Below, in pieces: positions 12,815 through 24,062 of a stretch of 64,000 nt of DNA. The stretch is taken from positions 5,954,001 to 6,018,000 of the forward strand of contig CM075993.1 of the NCBI GenBank assembly GCA_038087875.1. The letters run 5' to 3'. Each line of letters opens with the position of its first letter. The first letter of the stretch is position 1. Below the pieces are notes generated by a model. The model saw only the letters and a list, made by a program, of their open reading frames with translations, was not told where the DNA came from and did no database searches. A program made the translations under genes and the position numbers. This stretch comes from Malacoraja senta. Taxonomy: Eukaryota.

Positions 12815-12932
12815 ACAAGGAATTGCAGATGCTGGTTCAGTCTGAAGAAGGGTCTCGACCCGAAACGTCACCCATTCCTTCTCTCCAGAGATGCTGCCTG
12901 TCCCGCTGAGTTACTCCAGCATTTTGTGTCTA
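12815..12932 (+). mobile_element. Penelope-like terminal-repeat fragment with a hammerhead core
   Basis: CTGAAGAAGGGTCTCGACCCGAAACGTC at 12842-12869, followed by the family 3' arm (GATGCTGCC..CCGCTGAGTTACTCCAGCATTTTGTG). Confidence 0.7.
12842..12869 (+). ncRNA. Minimal hammerhead ribozyme-like motif
   Basis: CUGAnGA + stem II (GGGUC/GACCC) + GAAA + CGUC (palindromic ACGU, GUC cleavage triplet). Stem I not evident. Confidence 0.5.
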
Positions 12933-13247
12933 CCTGGTCAATACAAAAGTTGGTACAGAAACCTGAGCACCCGAAGGAAACCCACACGGATCACAAGGAG
13001 AACGTGCAAACACCACACAGACAGCAGCCCAGGTCAGGATCGAACCCGGGTCTCTGAGACCGTGAGCCAGGAGCGCGACCGGCAAGGAATCAAGTTCCCA
13101 ATGGGATTTTGATGCTGCAATCTATGTCTTCTCGAGCAGATTGTATTATCAAAATAGAAGTGTCTCTGTTCACTCAGTGGGAGAGTGAACAAAGGCTGGC
13201 AGATAGAAGAGGATACAGCAGAAACCTCACGCTGTGGTGCAATGCGC

Positions 13248-13552
13248 TTAGTTTTAGTCTATAGAGATACAGCACGGAAACAGGCCCTTCGGCCCAACAA
13301 CTCCCTGTTGACTAGTGATTCCCGTACACTAGCACTATCCTACACACTGGGAGAAATTTACAATTTTTACCGAAGCCAATTAACCTACAAACCTGTACGT
13401 CTCTGGAGTGTGGGAGGGAACCGGAGCACCCGGAGAAAACCCACGCAGGTCACAGACAGGTACAAACGCCATGCAGGCAGCGCCAGTAGTCAGGATCGAT
13501 CCCAGGTCTCTGGTGCTGCAAGGCAAGTGACTCTACCGCTCTGCGCCAACCG
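13248..13552 (-). mobile_element. tRNA-derived SINE
   Basis: Reverse complement of the family; begins ~15 nt downstream of the STRC exon 14 donor. Confidence 0.8.
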
Positions 13553-13566
13553 CTCAGCTCACCAAC

Positions 13567-13710
13567 CTGCTGCGGGGACCACCTCCAATCCCCGAAGAGG
13601 CTGCGATTTCTCAGGAAGGTCTCCGGATCAAAGGCGAGGTCTTTCAAGGGAACAAATGGAATCAGGCAGCCGAAGCGAGCGAAACGTCGCCCGCCATCAC
13701 TCTCCACGCT
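13567..13710 (-). CDS. STRC: STRC coding exon 14 (SVESDGG...CLIPFVPLKDL...WRWSPQQ)
   Basis: cttctgcag|AGC ... CAG|gttggt; 144 nt. Confidence 0.85.
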
Positions 13711-14593
13711 CTGCAGAAGAAGCAACAATTAATGCCAAGGCCGAAGACCGGTGAAGTCTCAATGCCACCGTGAATAAGATCAACACACACTTGCGTTTAA
13801 TCGTCATAAGTAACGACAACGGAACAATGAAATACTTACTTGCAGGCAGCACAACAGGCCCGTAAACATAATTCACAGATACAATATAACACAACAAAAA
13901 TTCAATAACCTATTATTGCCATTTCCCATCATAACTGCCCCCTCCATCGACTCTTTTAAGTCAAGACTAAAAACGTATCTATACTCCCAAGCCTTTCCTG
14001 ACGTCCTCTGAGCGAGGGCTACATGTATATATGTATGTAGTTTGTTTTGGTTGTGCTATTCTTATAACAAATGGCCAACGAGAGTTGTTTGTAAATGTGC
14101 TATAGAAATAAATGTGACTTGACTATTAACCCCAAACTGGTAATTCATAAGCCAGGTTTCCGTGCCACAGTATTGTACCCCCCCCCCCCCCCCCCCCCGC
14201 ATCTCCTTTCTTGTGTCCCCTTGTTGTTACCTGTATGTGAAGTGATACTAGCACTGAACTGTATACAAAAATGAATTTCACTGTACCTCGCCGCGTGTCA
14301 CATAAAGTGCCGTACCATTACCATCTCCTGTAGCCAAAGCACATTTTTACATCCCAGGGAATTAACTATGGAAGTGCAACAATGTCCGTAAGTCATAGAA
14401 GCGGAATTAGGCCCATTCGGCCCATCGAGTCTACTCCGCCATTCAATCATGGCTGATCTATCTTTCCCTCTCAACCCCATTTTCCCACCTTCTCCCCACA
14501 ATCATACCTTCATGTGATATGAGCAAAATTAGGCCATTCGGCCCATCGTCTACTCCGCCATTGAATCATGGCTGATCTATCTCTCCCTCCTAC

Positions 14594-14828
14594 AGGGCCT
14601 GTCCCACTTTCACGACTTAATTCACGACCTTTTTACTCGTGGACATTTTTCATCATGTTGAAAAAACGCCCCGACCTACTTCATGCCACGAGTACCTACG
14701 ACTAGCATCACGGCCTGCTATGACCTCCAACGACCTCCTACGACCTCGTGACGACCATGCTGGGAGTATGAGTCAAGGGCAAACTCGGCAGAGGTCGTGA
14801 ATTAGGTCGTGAAAGTGGGACAGGCCCT
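14594..14828. mobile_element. PIF/Harbinger-type MITE (same body as 45653-45844)
   Basis: Same TIR; TAC/TAA flanks. Confidence 0.82.
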
Positions 14829-15027
14829 TAACCCGATTGTCCTGCCTTCTCTCCGTAACTCCGTAACCCCTACCACCTGTACTAATCAGGAATCTATCTA
14901 CCTCTGCCTTAAATCATATACCATATATCTGTCCAAATGTCTATTGAAGGAGTACGAGAGCGGCAACACTTTGCATCTTAGCCAGCAAGCCGTGACCCCG
15001 AGCATGCATCCTCGCGGCCGGTCTTAC

Positions 15028-15195
15028 CCGGAGAGCCTCCAGAAGGACGGCCTTGTGGGCGGAGGAGAGGTGGGCCAGGAACGGGCGGAAGCACGAGCAG
15101 GCGCCGGCCAAGACCGGCGGGGGTAGCAGCCGCAGGGCGGACACAGCCAAGCCTGGGAGCAGATGCCCGAGGCGGCAAAGCACATCCACGGTCAC
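15028..15195 (-). CDS. STRC: STRC coding exon 13 (VTVDVLCRLGHLLPGL...VLLEALR)
   Basis: attccag|GTG ... CGG|gtaaga; 168 nt. Confidence 0.9.
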
Positions 15196-15381
15196 CTGGA
15201 ATAGTCAACAAGGTCCACGGATCAGCATCAATACTTTAGTTTAGTTTAGAGATACAGCACGGAAACAGGCTCTTCGGCCTACCGAGTCCACATCGGCCAG
15301 CGATCCCCGTACACTAACACTATCCTACACACACTGGGGACAATTTTACACATACACCAAACCAATTAACCTACATACCTG

Positions 15382-15655
15382 GTACACAAAAATGCTGGAG
15401 AAACTCAGCGGGTTCAGCAGCATCTATGGAGCGAAGGAAATAGGCAACGTTTCAGGCCGAAACCCAAGGGTCTTACCCGGAGAGCCTCCAGAAGGGACGG
15501 CCTTGTGGGCGGAGGAGAGGTGGGCCAGGGACCCAAGGGTTTCGGCACGAAATGTTGCCTATCTCCTTCACTCCATAGATGCTGCTGCACCCGCTGGGTT
15601 TCTCCAGCATTTTTGTGTACCTTCGATTTTCCAGCATCTGCAGTTCCTTCTTTAA
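15382..15655. mobile_element. Palindromic Penelope-like repeat with a captured STRC exon fragment at its centre
   Basis: Inverted arms AAAATGCTGGAGAAACTCAGCGGG...; centre 15469-15529 copies 15020-15079. Confidence 0.8.
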
Positions 15656-16242
15656 CACTAGTCCTGTTGGTATTGGGGTCATGTGTACCAAGGCCAAGAA
15701 AGCACACCAACCCCTCTGCTTTCTTAGAAGACTTAGTTAGTTCGGCATGTCCCCAACAACTCCCACCAACTTCTACATGTGGACCGTAGAAGGCCTTTTG
15801 TCGGGGATGCATCTAGGCATGGTTTGGGAACAGCTCCGTCGAAGACCGCAAGAAATTGCAGAGAATTGTAGACGCAACCCAGACCGTCACACAGACCAAC
15901 CTCCCTCCCATTGACTCCATCTATACCTCACACAGCTTCAGCAGGGCCAGCAGCATAATCAAGGACCAGTCTCACCCCGGTCACTCCCTCTTCTCCCCTC
16001 TCCCATCAGGCAAGAGGTACAGAGGTGTGAAAACGCACACCAAGAGGCTGGGTTAATTTGGGCCAGATCATCAGGAATCCTTCAAACCCAAAGGAGGGTC
16101 GGAGAGTTATACAGCACGGAAACAGTTCCTGCAGACCAACTTGCCCATGCTAGTCACAATGCCACAACTACACTAGATGGGGCATTTATCCTTGTTAGGC
16201 CCATGTCCTTCTAAACCTCTACAATCCATGTACCTGTCAATA

Positions 16243-16703
16243 CCAGATTAATTCCCGGGATGGCGGGACTGTCATATGCTGAGAGAATGGAGCAGCTGGG
16301 CTTGTACACTCTGGAGTTTAGAAGGATGAGAGGCGATCTCAGTGAAACATATAACATTGTTAAGGGTTTGGACACGCTAGAGGCAGGAAACATGTTCCCG
16401 ATGTTGGGGGAGTCCAGAACCAGAGGCCACAGTTTAAGAATAAGGGGTAAGCCATTTAGAACGGAGACGAGGAAACACTTTTTCTCACAGAGAGCGGTGA
16501 GTCTGTGGAATTCTCTGCCACAGAGGGCAGTGGAGGCAGGTTCTCTGGATGCTTTCAAGTCTTAAAAATAGAGGAGTCAGGGGATATGGGGAGAAGGCAG
16601 GAACGGGGTACTGATTGGGGATGATCAGCCATGATCACATTGAATGGCGGTGCTGGCTCAAAGGGCCGAGTGGCCTACTCCTGCACCTATTGTCTATTGT
16701 CTA
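16243..16703 (+). mobile_element. CR1 LINE 3' fragment
   Basis: Near-identical to 10880-11350. Confidence 0.9.
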
Positions 16704-17050
16704 TGCAAAATAGAGTGATGAAATAGTAATGAAGTTCTAATAATCAAGGAGTCTAGTGTATGTCAATGGGACAACTCCAACTTTGAATGAGACTTGGAAT
16801 TCATGGGTCGAATTTTCCAAAAGAAAAGTTACAGCAAGGTTACCGGCCTCACACACACAGCTTCAAAGATGGATCAAATATCACCTGCATTGAACAGAGA
16901 TGCACCGAGCCTGGCACTGAAGAGGCAATGAAGGCCATTAAGAATATGTGATTCCACTGCTCAGCGCCAAATCCAACAGCGATGAGGACAACACTTGCAC
17001 CAAATTCTTCTATTCAAAAGCCAAAACAGAGAACGTGGATGGAGACTTAC

Positions 17051-17089
17051 GTTGATATCCTGGATAATTTCGGTCACAAGTTGATCAGC
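17051..17089 (-). CDS. STRC: STRC coding exon 12 (ADQLVTEIIQDIN)
   Basis: tttttgtag|GCT ... AAC|gtaagt; 39 nt, phase 0-0. Confidence 0.75.
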
Positions 17090-17329
17090 CTACAAAAAGT
17101 TAGCAAAAGTAAAAATAATTGGGTAAGGATTGCATTACCAACCGGTTATTGCCCTGTTTAATTGAATTGAATGAAGTGAGTGTAGGTTGTACAAATTTAG
17201 TTTATCCACTATTGCCTTGTCTTCTTTCCTTTAGAATTTTGTGTACGTTATGTATAATTTGTTTCTGTGTGTTGTCCGAGTCTATTTGCCTGTGATGTTG
17301 CTGCCAGTAAACTGTTGTCGCACCCATAA

Positions 17330-17838
17330 AGGGGCTGTCCCACTGCGGGGACCTAATTGGCGAGTGTAGAAGAGTTTAGGAGAGTATGAAAAAGTGTCAT
17401 GTTGAAGACCTCCTTCGACTATGTTGAAGACCAGCTACGACTAGCTTCGGGAAAATTAGACACCGAATAGTGGAGAGTGAAGACGACCTCCTTCGATCTC
17501 CATCGATCTCCTTCGACTATGATGAAGACTATCTACGACTACCTTCGGCTACCCTCGATTACCTACGACTAACATGCCGACCTACTACGACTAAACCTAC
17601 AGGTAAAAAAGTATCGATTTTTTTCCATGGCGACCTTTTTTTACTCGCGGGCATTTTTCAGCATGTTGAAAAATACGCCGCGACCTCGCTGATGCCTCGA
17701 GTACGCGGAGACCACTCTCGAACATGAAGGAGAGTTACAAAGACCTCCTAGGACCTCGTGTCGACCATGCTGCGAGTATGAGTCGAGGGGAAACTCTTCT
17801 AAACTCGCCAATTAGGACACCGCAGTGGGACAGCCCCT
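17330..17838. mobile_element. PIF/Harbinger-type MITE
   Basis: TIR AGGGGCTGTCCCACTGCGG; TAA TSD. Confidence 0.85.
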
Positions 17839-17924
17839 TAACACCACCCCCCTTCACTACATTTCTGCCAGGGTCACCACTGCTCGTGTTTGGAGCTGGG
17901 ATCGATACTCGCCCGGATGTGAAG

Positions 17925-18140
17925 ATAGACGCAAATTGCTGGAGTAACTCAGCGGGTCAGGCAGCATCTCCGAAGAGAAGGAATGGGTGATTTTGTGTCG
18001 AGACCCTTCTTCAGACTAGGGTACCGACCCGAAACTTCACATATTGTTTTTCGTCAGAGATGCTGCCTGACCCGTTGAGTTACTCCAGCTTTTTGTGTAT
18101 ATTTGCAGTGTAAACCAGCGTCTGCAGTTCCTTCCTGCAC
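17925..18140. mobile_element. Palindromic Penelope-like repeat
   Basis: Inverted arms; degenerate hammerhead core. Confidence 0.7.
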
Positions 18141-18515
18141 ATCTGGGTACTGATTTTGGATGATCAGCCATGGTCATATTGAATGGCAGTGCTGGCTCGA
18201 AGGACCGAATGGTCTAGTGCTGCACCTATTTTTCTATGTTTCTAACCTACTAACCAGGGACCTGGGAGGAAGCCCGAGGCACTCGGGGAAAACCCACAAG
18301 GTTACAGAGAGAACGTGCAAACTCCACCAAGTCAGCACTCGAGGTCGGGCTCGAACTCGGTGGCTGGAGTTGTGAGCCAGCAGACTGTTCATTTGCCTTG
18401 TCAAGTGACCTGGTCTGCTCCACCCGGTGAATAGCAGGGGCCATTCTTCCCCCAGATTGATCCCTGATGCTCCTCCCCTGGACACCCCGGCTGCACACGG
18501 AGCGGGACAACTGAC

Positions 18516-18698
18516 CTGGGCAGCGGAGACGGGCGCCAAGCCGAGACCCGAGAGGACCGCGAGCCGTTGCCGGGCGGAGAGGTTCTGCAGGAACGACGCA
18601 CCCAGCACGGGCAGGATCCCGCCAACAGCCACCAGATCCTGATGGGCCAAGGTGCTCATGTTGAGTCCCCGGAGATGCATGGCCAAGAGGTGAGCCAC
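18516..18698 (-). CDS. STRC: STRC coding exon 11 (VAHLLAMHLRGLN...LPVLGASFLQNLS...VSAAQ)
   Basis: ggtttag|GTG ... CAG|gtcagt; 183 nt. Confidence 0.86.
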
Positions 18699-19299
18699 CT
18701 AAACCAAAGGAGAACGAAGAACAATGAAGGGCGGCACACCCAGCAGACCCGCCGAGTCAGAGGCATCTGAGGGCGGTGAATCTGTGGAATTCATTGCCAC
18801 AGGAGGCTGTGGAGGCCAAGTCAATGGATATTTTTAAGACAGAAATAAGATAAGATAAGATAAGATATACCTTTAATAATCCTTTGCAGGAAATTACAAT
18901 GCCACGACAGCTTCAAGACATACATAACACCACAAATAGCTTCCACACTTAACAAGTTAAAATACAAGTTAAAATACAAGTTAAAATACAATTAATTTAA
19001 AAAAAGTGCAGCTATTTATGCGCATTGTATAATCTTATCGCAGCTGGTAAGCAGGACTTCCTATGTCTCTCCATTTTGCACATTGGTGCAATCAGTCTCT
19101 GACTGAAGCTGCTGCTCTTGATCACCTTCAGGGCATGGAGTGGGTGAGTGGGGTTGGTCATTATAGAAACCATAGATTCTTATATTCTTAAATAGATAGA
19201 TTCTTGATTAGTACGGGTGTCAGGGGTTATGGGGAGAAGGCAGGAGAATGGGGTGAAGAGGGAAAGATAGATCAGCCATGATTGAATGGCGGAGTAGCC

Positions 19300-19600
19300 T
19301 TTAGTTTAGTTTAGAGATAGTGTGGAAACAGGCCCTTCGGCCCACCGAGTCTGCCCCAACCAGCGATCCCCGCACCTTAACACTATCCCACACACACAAG
19401 GGACAATTTACATTTACCGAGCCAATTAGCCTACAAACCTGCACGTCTTTGGAGTGTGGGAGGAAACCGAAGATCTCGGAGAAAACCCGCGCCGGTCACG
19501 GGGAGAACGTGCAAACTCCACACAGACAGCACCCGTAGTCAGGATCGAACCCAGGACCCGGGACTCTGGCCGTGTAAGAAAGCATCTCTGCCGCAACGCC
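19300..19600 (-). mobile_element. tRNA-derived SINE
   Basis: Same family. Confidence 0.82.
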
Positions 19601-19794
19601 ACTTGATGGGTCGAATGACCTAATTAGGATCCTATCGCTTATGATTATGAAGATGTGAGCATCAGTCGTGGGCTTCCCTGATGGAGCATGGACTGAAGTC
19701 GTTCCAACACACAGCCACGTGCAACAGGACCCAATGGGCACTTCCCACCCTTCCAACAAGACCTTGGCTAATCCTTTACGAAGATGTTGCACTT

Positions 19795-20117
19795 AAGTTA
19801 CTGAACATCCCGCGGTCTAGGCATAAGCTCAGGGGCGACCGCGCCTTTGCGGTTGCAGCTCCTAGACTGTGGAACAGCATCCCTCTTCCCATCAGAACTG
19901 CCCCCTCCATCGACTCTTTTAAGTCGAGACTTAAAACTCATCTTTACTCTCAAGCCTTTCTTGACGTCCTCTGAGGGAGGGCTATATGTATGTATTTATG
20001 TATGTACTTAATCTATGAACCAATGTTGTATAACGTTAGAACATCCACCAATGTAAAGCACTTTGGTCAACGAGAGTTGTTTTTTAAATGTGCTGTAGAA
20101 ATAAAAGTGACTTGACT
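19795..20117 (+). mobile_element. L2 LINE 3' end (GACTT-tailed family; related pieces at 13920-14122 + and 32172-32422 -)
   Basis: GDRAFAVAAPRLWNSIP...FKSRLKTHLY. Confidence 0.85.
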
Positions 20118-20392
20118 AGTATGGACTTGCACATTAAATGGTAGAGTGTTGCAGAGCAGATAGATTGGGGAATATAGGCGCACGGATCCCTGAAAGAGGC
20201 GAGCCTATGCCCACTAGTCTTAGAATCTCCTACCCAGGGGGAAAAGACTGAGTGTGGACTGTATCCATACCCTTCAAGATCTTATACACCTCAATAAGGT
20301 CACTCCTCAGCCCCCCTACGGTCCAAAGAAAAAGTTCCAACCCCTCCCTGTAACTCAAGACCTCAAGCCCAGGTAACATCCTGATAAATCTG

Positions 20393-20632
20393 TTTAAGAA
20401 GGAACTGCAGATGCTGGAAAATTGAAAGTAGACAAAAATGCCAGAGAAACTCAGCGGGTGCGGCAGCATCTATGGAGCGAAGGAAATAGGCAACGTTTCG
20501 GCCCGAAACCCTTCCGGGTTTCGTCCCGAAACGTTGCCTATTTCCTTCAGGGTTTTGGGCTGAAACGTTGCCTATTTCCTTCGCTCCATAGATGCTGCCT
20601 CACCCGCTGAGTTTCTCCAGCACTTTTGTCTA
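20393..20632. mobile_element. Palindromic Penelope-like repeat
   Basis: Inverted arms; flanked by a 14-bp duplication ATCCTGATAAATCT. Confidence 0.75.
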
Positions 20633-20686
20633 TCCTGATAAATCTCTTCTGCAACCATTTCCAACAATTACATCCTTCCTATAGCA

Positions 20687-21100
20687 AGTTTAGAAGGATG
20701 AGAGGGTATCTCATTGAAACATATAAGATTGTTAAGGGCTTGGACATGCTAGAGGCAGGAAACATGTTCCCGATGTTGGGGGAGTCCAGAACCAGGGGCC
20801 ACAGTTTAAGAATAAGGAGTAAAGCCATTTAGAACGGAGACGAGGAAACACTTTTTCTCACAGAGAGTGGTGAGTCTGTGGAATTCTCTGCCTCAGAGGG
20901 CGGTGGAGGCAGGTTCTCTGGATGCTTTCAAGAGAGAGATAGATAGGGCTCTTAAAAATAGCGGAGTCAGGGGGTACGGGGAGAAGGCAGGAACGGGGTA
21001 CTGATTGGGGATGATCAGCCATGATCACATTGAATGGCGGTGCTGGCTCGAAGGGCCAAGTGGCCTACTCCTGCACCTATTGTCTATTGTCTATTGTCTA
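20687..21100 (+). mobile_element. CR1 LINE 3' fragment
   Basis: Same young subfamily, (CTATTGT)n tail. Confidence 0.9.
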
Positions 21101-21440
21101 AGTGGACAGGGTGGTGAAGGAAGCATTTGGCATGCCTGTCCGCATTGGGAAGGGTATTCAGATCAATAGGTGGCAAAAGCATGATGCAGCTGTACAAGTG
21201 CGACCACGCTTGGAGTACTCTGTGCAGTCCTGGTCGCCCAGCTCCTGGACTTTATCTTGCACGAAACAATATTCCCGTTATCATGTATCTGTGAACTGTG
21301 GATGGCTTGATTGTAATCATGTATTGTCTTTCTGCTGACTGGTTGGCAGGCAATAAAAGCTTTTCACTGAAACACGGTACTTGTGACAATAAACTAAACT
21401 AAACTCAACTCAACTCAACGGCAGAAGGGGAAAGTAATAT

Positions 21441-22068
21441 TTTAGTTTAGTTTAGAGATACAGCGGGGAAACAGGCCCTTTCCGGCCCACCGGGTCCGCG
21501 CCGACTAGCGATACGCACATTAACACTATCCTATACCCACAAGGGACAATTTTTACATTTACCAAGCCAATTAACCGACAAACCTGTACGTCTTTGGAGT
21601 GTGGGAGGAAACCGAAGATCTTGGAGAAAACCCACACAGATCACGGGGAGAACGTACAAACTGCGTGCAGACAGCACCTGAAGTCGGGATTGAACCCGGG
21701 TCTCCGGCGCTGCATTCGCTGTGAAGGGCCTGTCCCACTGTACGAGGTAATTCAAGAGTTCTCCCGAGTTTCCCCTGATTCGAACTCGGAGAATTACAGT
21801 AATAGCCGCTCGTCGGTACTCGGGGCTCTCGTGGACATTTTTCAACATGTTGAAAAATCTTCACGGTTACCGCGTTTCCCGAGTACCTGCCGTTAGCGTT
21901 ACGAGCCGCTAAGAGACGTCCCCGAGCTCCGACGTACCCGCTACGTACATTCTACGTGCTTACCACGAGTGTGATTTTTTTTTTTAAACTCGGGAGAGCT
22001 CTTGAATTACCTCGTACAGTGGGACAGGCCCTTAAGGCAGCAACTCTACCGCTGCGCCACCGTGCCGC
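21441..22068 (-). mobile_element. tRNA-derived SINE split by a MITE
   Basis: The SINE sequence GCTG-TAA-GGCAGC is interrupted by the MITE at 21725-22032. Confidence 0.82.
21725..22032. mobile_element. PIF/Harbinger-type MITE
   Basis: Extended TIR of ~45 bp; TGA/TAA flanks within a SINE. Confidence 0.85.
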
Positions 22069-22392
22069 CCGGAAGATATATTATGGGAAGATCTTCAGGG
22101 AACGCACTCGAGGAAGTTTGATGGTACACGCGTTGCCCCAGCCAGGACAGAGCAATGCCGAGCACCGAGGGACACTCAGGCATCGAGGTACAGTGAAAAG
22201 CTTTTACTGTGTGCTAACCAGTCAGCAGAAAGACAATACATGATTACAATCAATGCATTTACTGTGTACAGATACATGCTGAGGGAATAACGTTTAGTGC
22301 AAGGTAAAGCCAGCAAAGTCCAATCAAGGAGAGTCCGAGGGGCATCAAAGAGGTGGACAGTAGTTCCGCACTGCTCTCTGGTAGATACTCAC

Positions 22393-22525
22393 AGTGCTGC
22401 TGGCATCGATGGTACCATCCTTGATGCAGCCCAGGAGTGCCCTGGAGACCACGTCCGCTTGTGGCTGGACAGCGAGCAGCAGCCGGAGGTCGTCCTGGCC
22501 CGAGAAGCAGACCAACCCTCCGAGC
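22393..22525 (-). CDS. STRC: STRC coding exon 10 (LGGLVCFSGQDDLRLLL...LLGCIKDGTIDASST)
   Basis: ttttcccag|G ... ACT|gtgagt; 133 nt, phase 2-0. Confidence 0.86.
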
Positions 22526-22609
22526 CTGGGAAAAGATGGAGACATGAGGAACCGCAGACGCTGGAATCGCGAGCAGAACGCAAAGTGCTGGAGGAATTCT
22601 GCGGGGTCG

Positions 22610-23020
22610 GTTGGGCGGCAGGGCGGTAGAGTTTGCTGCCTCGCTACGCCAGAGTCCCGGGTCCCATCCCGACTACGGATGCTGCTGTCTGTATGGCGTT
22701 TGTACGTTCTCCCCGTGACCGCGCGGGTTTTCTCCGGGCGCCCCGGTTTAGTCTCGCGAGAAAGCACGGAAACAGGCCCTTCGGCCCACCGGGTCCATGC
22801 TGACCAGCGATCCCCGCACACCAACACTATCGTACATACTTAGGGACAATCAACCTACAAACCTGCACGTCTTTGGAATGTGGGAGGAAACCCGAGCTCC
22901 CGGACAAAACCCACGCGGGTCACGGGGAGAACGTGCAAACTCCGTACAGACAGCACCCGTAGTCAGGATCGAACCTGGGTCTCCGCCGCTGTAAGGCAGC
23001 AACTCTACCACTGCGCCACC
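22610..23020. mobile_element. Two SINE copies tail-to-tail (5' half on +, full copy on -)
   Basis: Family sequence present in both orientations. Confidence 0.75.
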
Positions 23021-23301
23021 CAAGATGTTATCGGGGGGGAGGGGGTGGCGAGAACAAAGTGGTCCCGGCATGGGGGGGGGGGGGGCATTGAAAGAACGAA
23101 GAGCGACCATTGGGACCACATTGAACACTGTTTAACATTGTTGGGGCCTTATACATGGCGACTCTTTGCATACTTTGTGTACGGTACGCAGAACAAAGGA
23201 CTTCACCGTGACGTGCCACGTGTGTTGGTGACGTTTCATTCACCCACAGGGCGTGGGGGTGTATCGATGCCTGGGGGAGACTCTCGGCGGGGAGACGTTA
23301 C

Positions 23302-23417
23302 CTGTGCAGCTGCTCCCCTGTCAGGATGCTGCTGGAGTTGACGATGGTGCGGAGGACATGTCTACCCCGGGGAAGGTCCAGGCTGCTGCTGCCCAGATCA
23401 GAGATCACCGAGGCCAA
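23302..23417 (-). CDS. STRC: STRC coding exon 9 (LASVISDLGSSSLDLPRGRHVLRTIV...EQLHR)
   Basis: gttgcag|TTG ... AG|gtaacg; 116 nt, phase 0-2. Confidence 0.85.
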
Positions 23418-23424
23418 CTGCAAC

Positions 23425-23740
23425 AGGGGGAGAGAGAGAGGGGGGAGAGAGGGGAGGGGAGAGAGGGGGAGAGAGAGGGGGGGAGAGAGAGTGGGGGGAG
23501 AGAGAGAGGGGGGAGAGAGAGTGGGGAGAGAGAGAGAGGGGGGGAGAGAGAGTGGGGAGAGAGAGTGGGGGAGAGAGAGTGGGGGCAGAGAGGGGGCAGA
23601 GAGAGAGGGGGCAGAGAGAGGGGGGAGAGAGAGAGGGGGGAGAGAGAGGGGGGAGAGAGAGGGGGGGAGAGAGAGGGGGGGAGAGAGAGTGGGGAGAGAG
23701 AGTGGGGGAGAGAGAGTGGGTTAGGGGAGAGAGAGGGGAA
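23425..23740. repeat. Polypurine (GA/G-run) low-complexity tract
   Basis: ~315 bp almost only G/A, directly upstream of the STRC exon 9 acceptor. Confidence 0.95.
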
Positions 23741-24062
23741 CAAGGACCCAAGGCAGGGTCATACATCTCTCCCAGTCCTACCTGCTGTCCCCTGCACACT
23801 GCACCTTCCCTAACCCCCTCCTCTCTTCTACCCCCCAACCTCTCTCCGGCCCTACTCCCTCCCCCCCCCCCACCTCTCCCCTGTTGAGGAGGGACCTGAC
23901 AGAAGTTGATAACATTATGAGATGCAATAGATATGGTAGACAGTCAGAGACTTTTCCCTCAAAGACTCGAAGACATAAGTTTAGGCCCGAGGGGGAAAGT
24001 TTATAGGCTTTGTTCAGGGAAAACACAGAGAGTGGAGGCCGCATGGAACTCACTGTCAGGGT

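Noticed and set aside
23253..23887. Gly/Glu/Arg- and Pro/Leu/Ser-rich ORFs
   Set aside because: Translation of the polypurine low-complexity tract.
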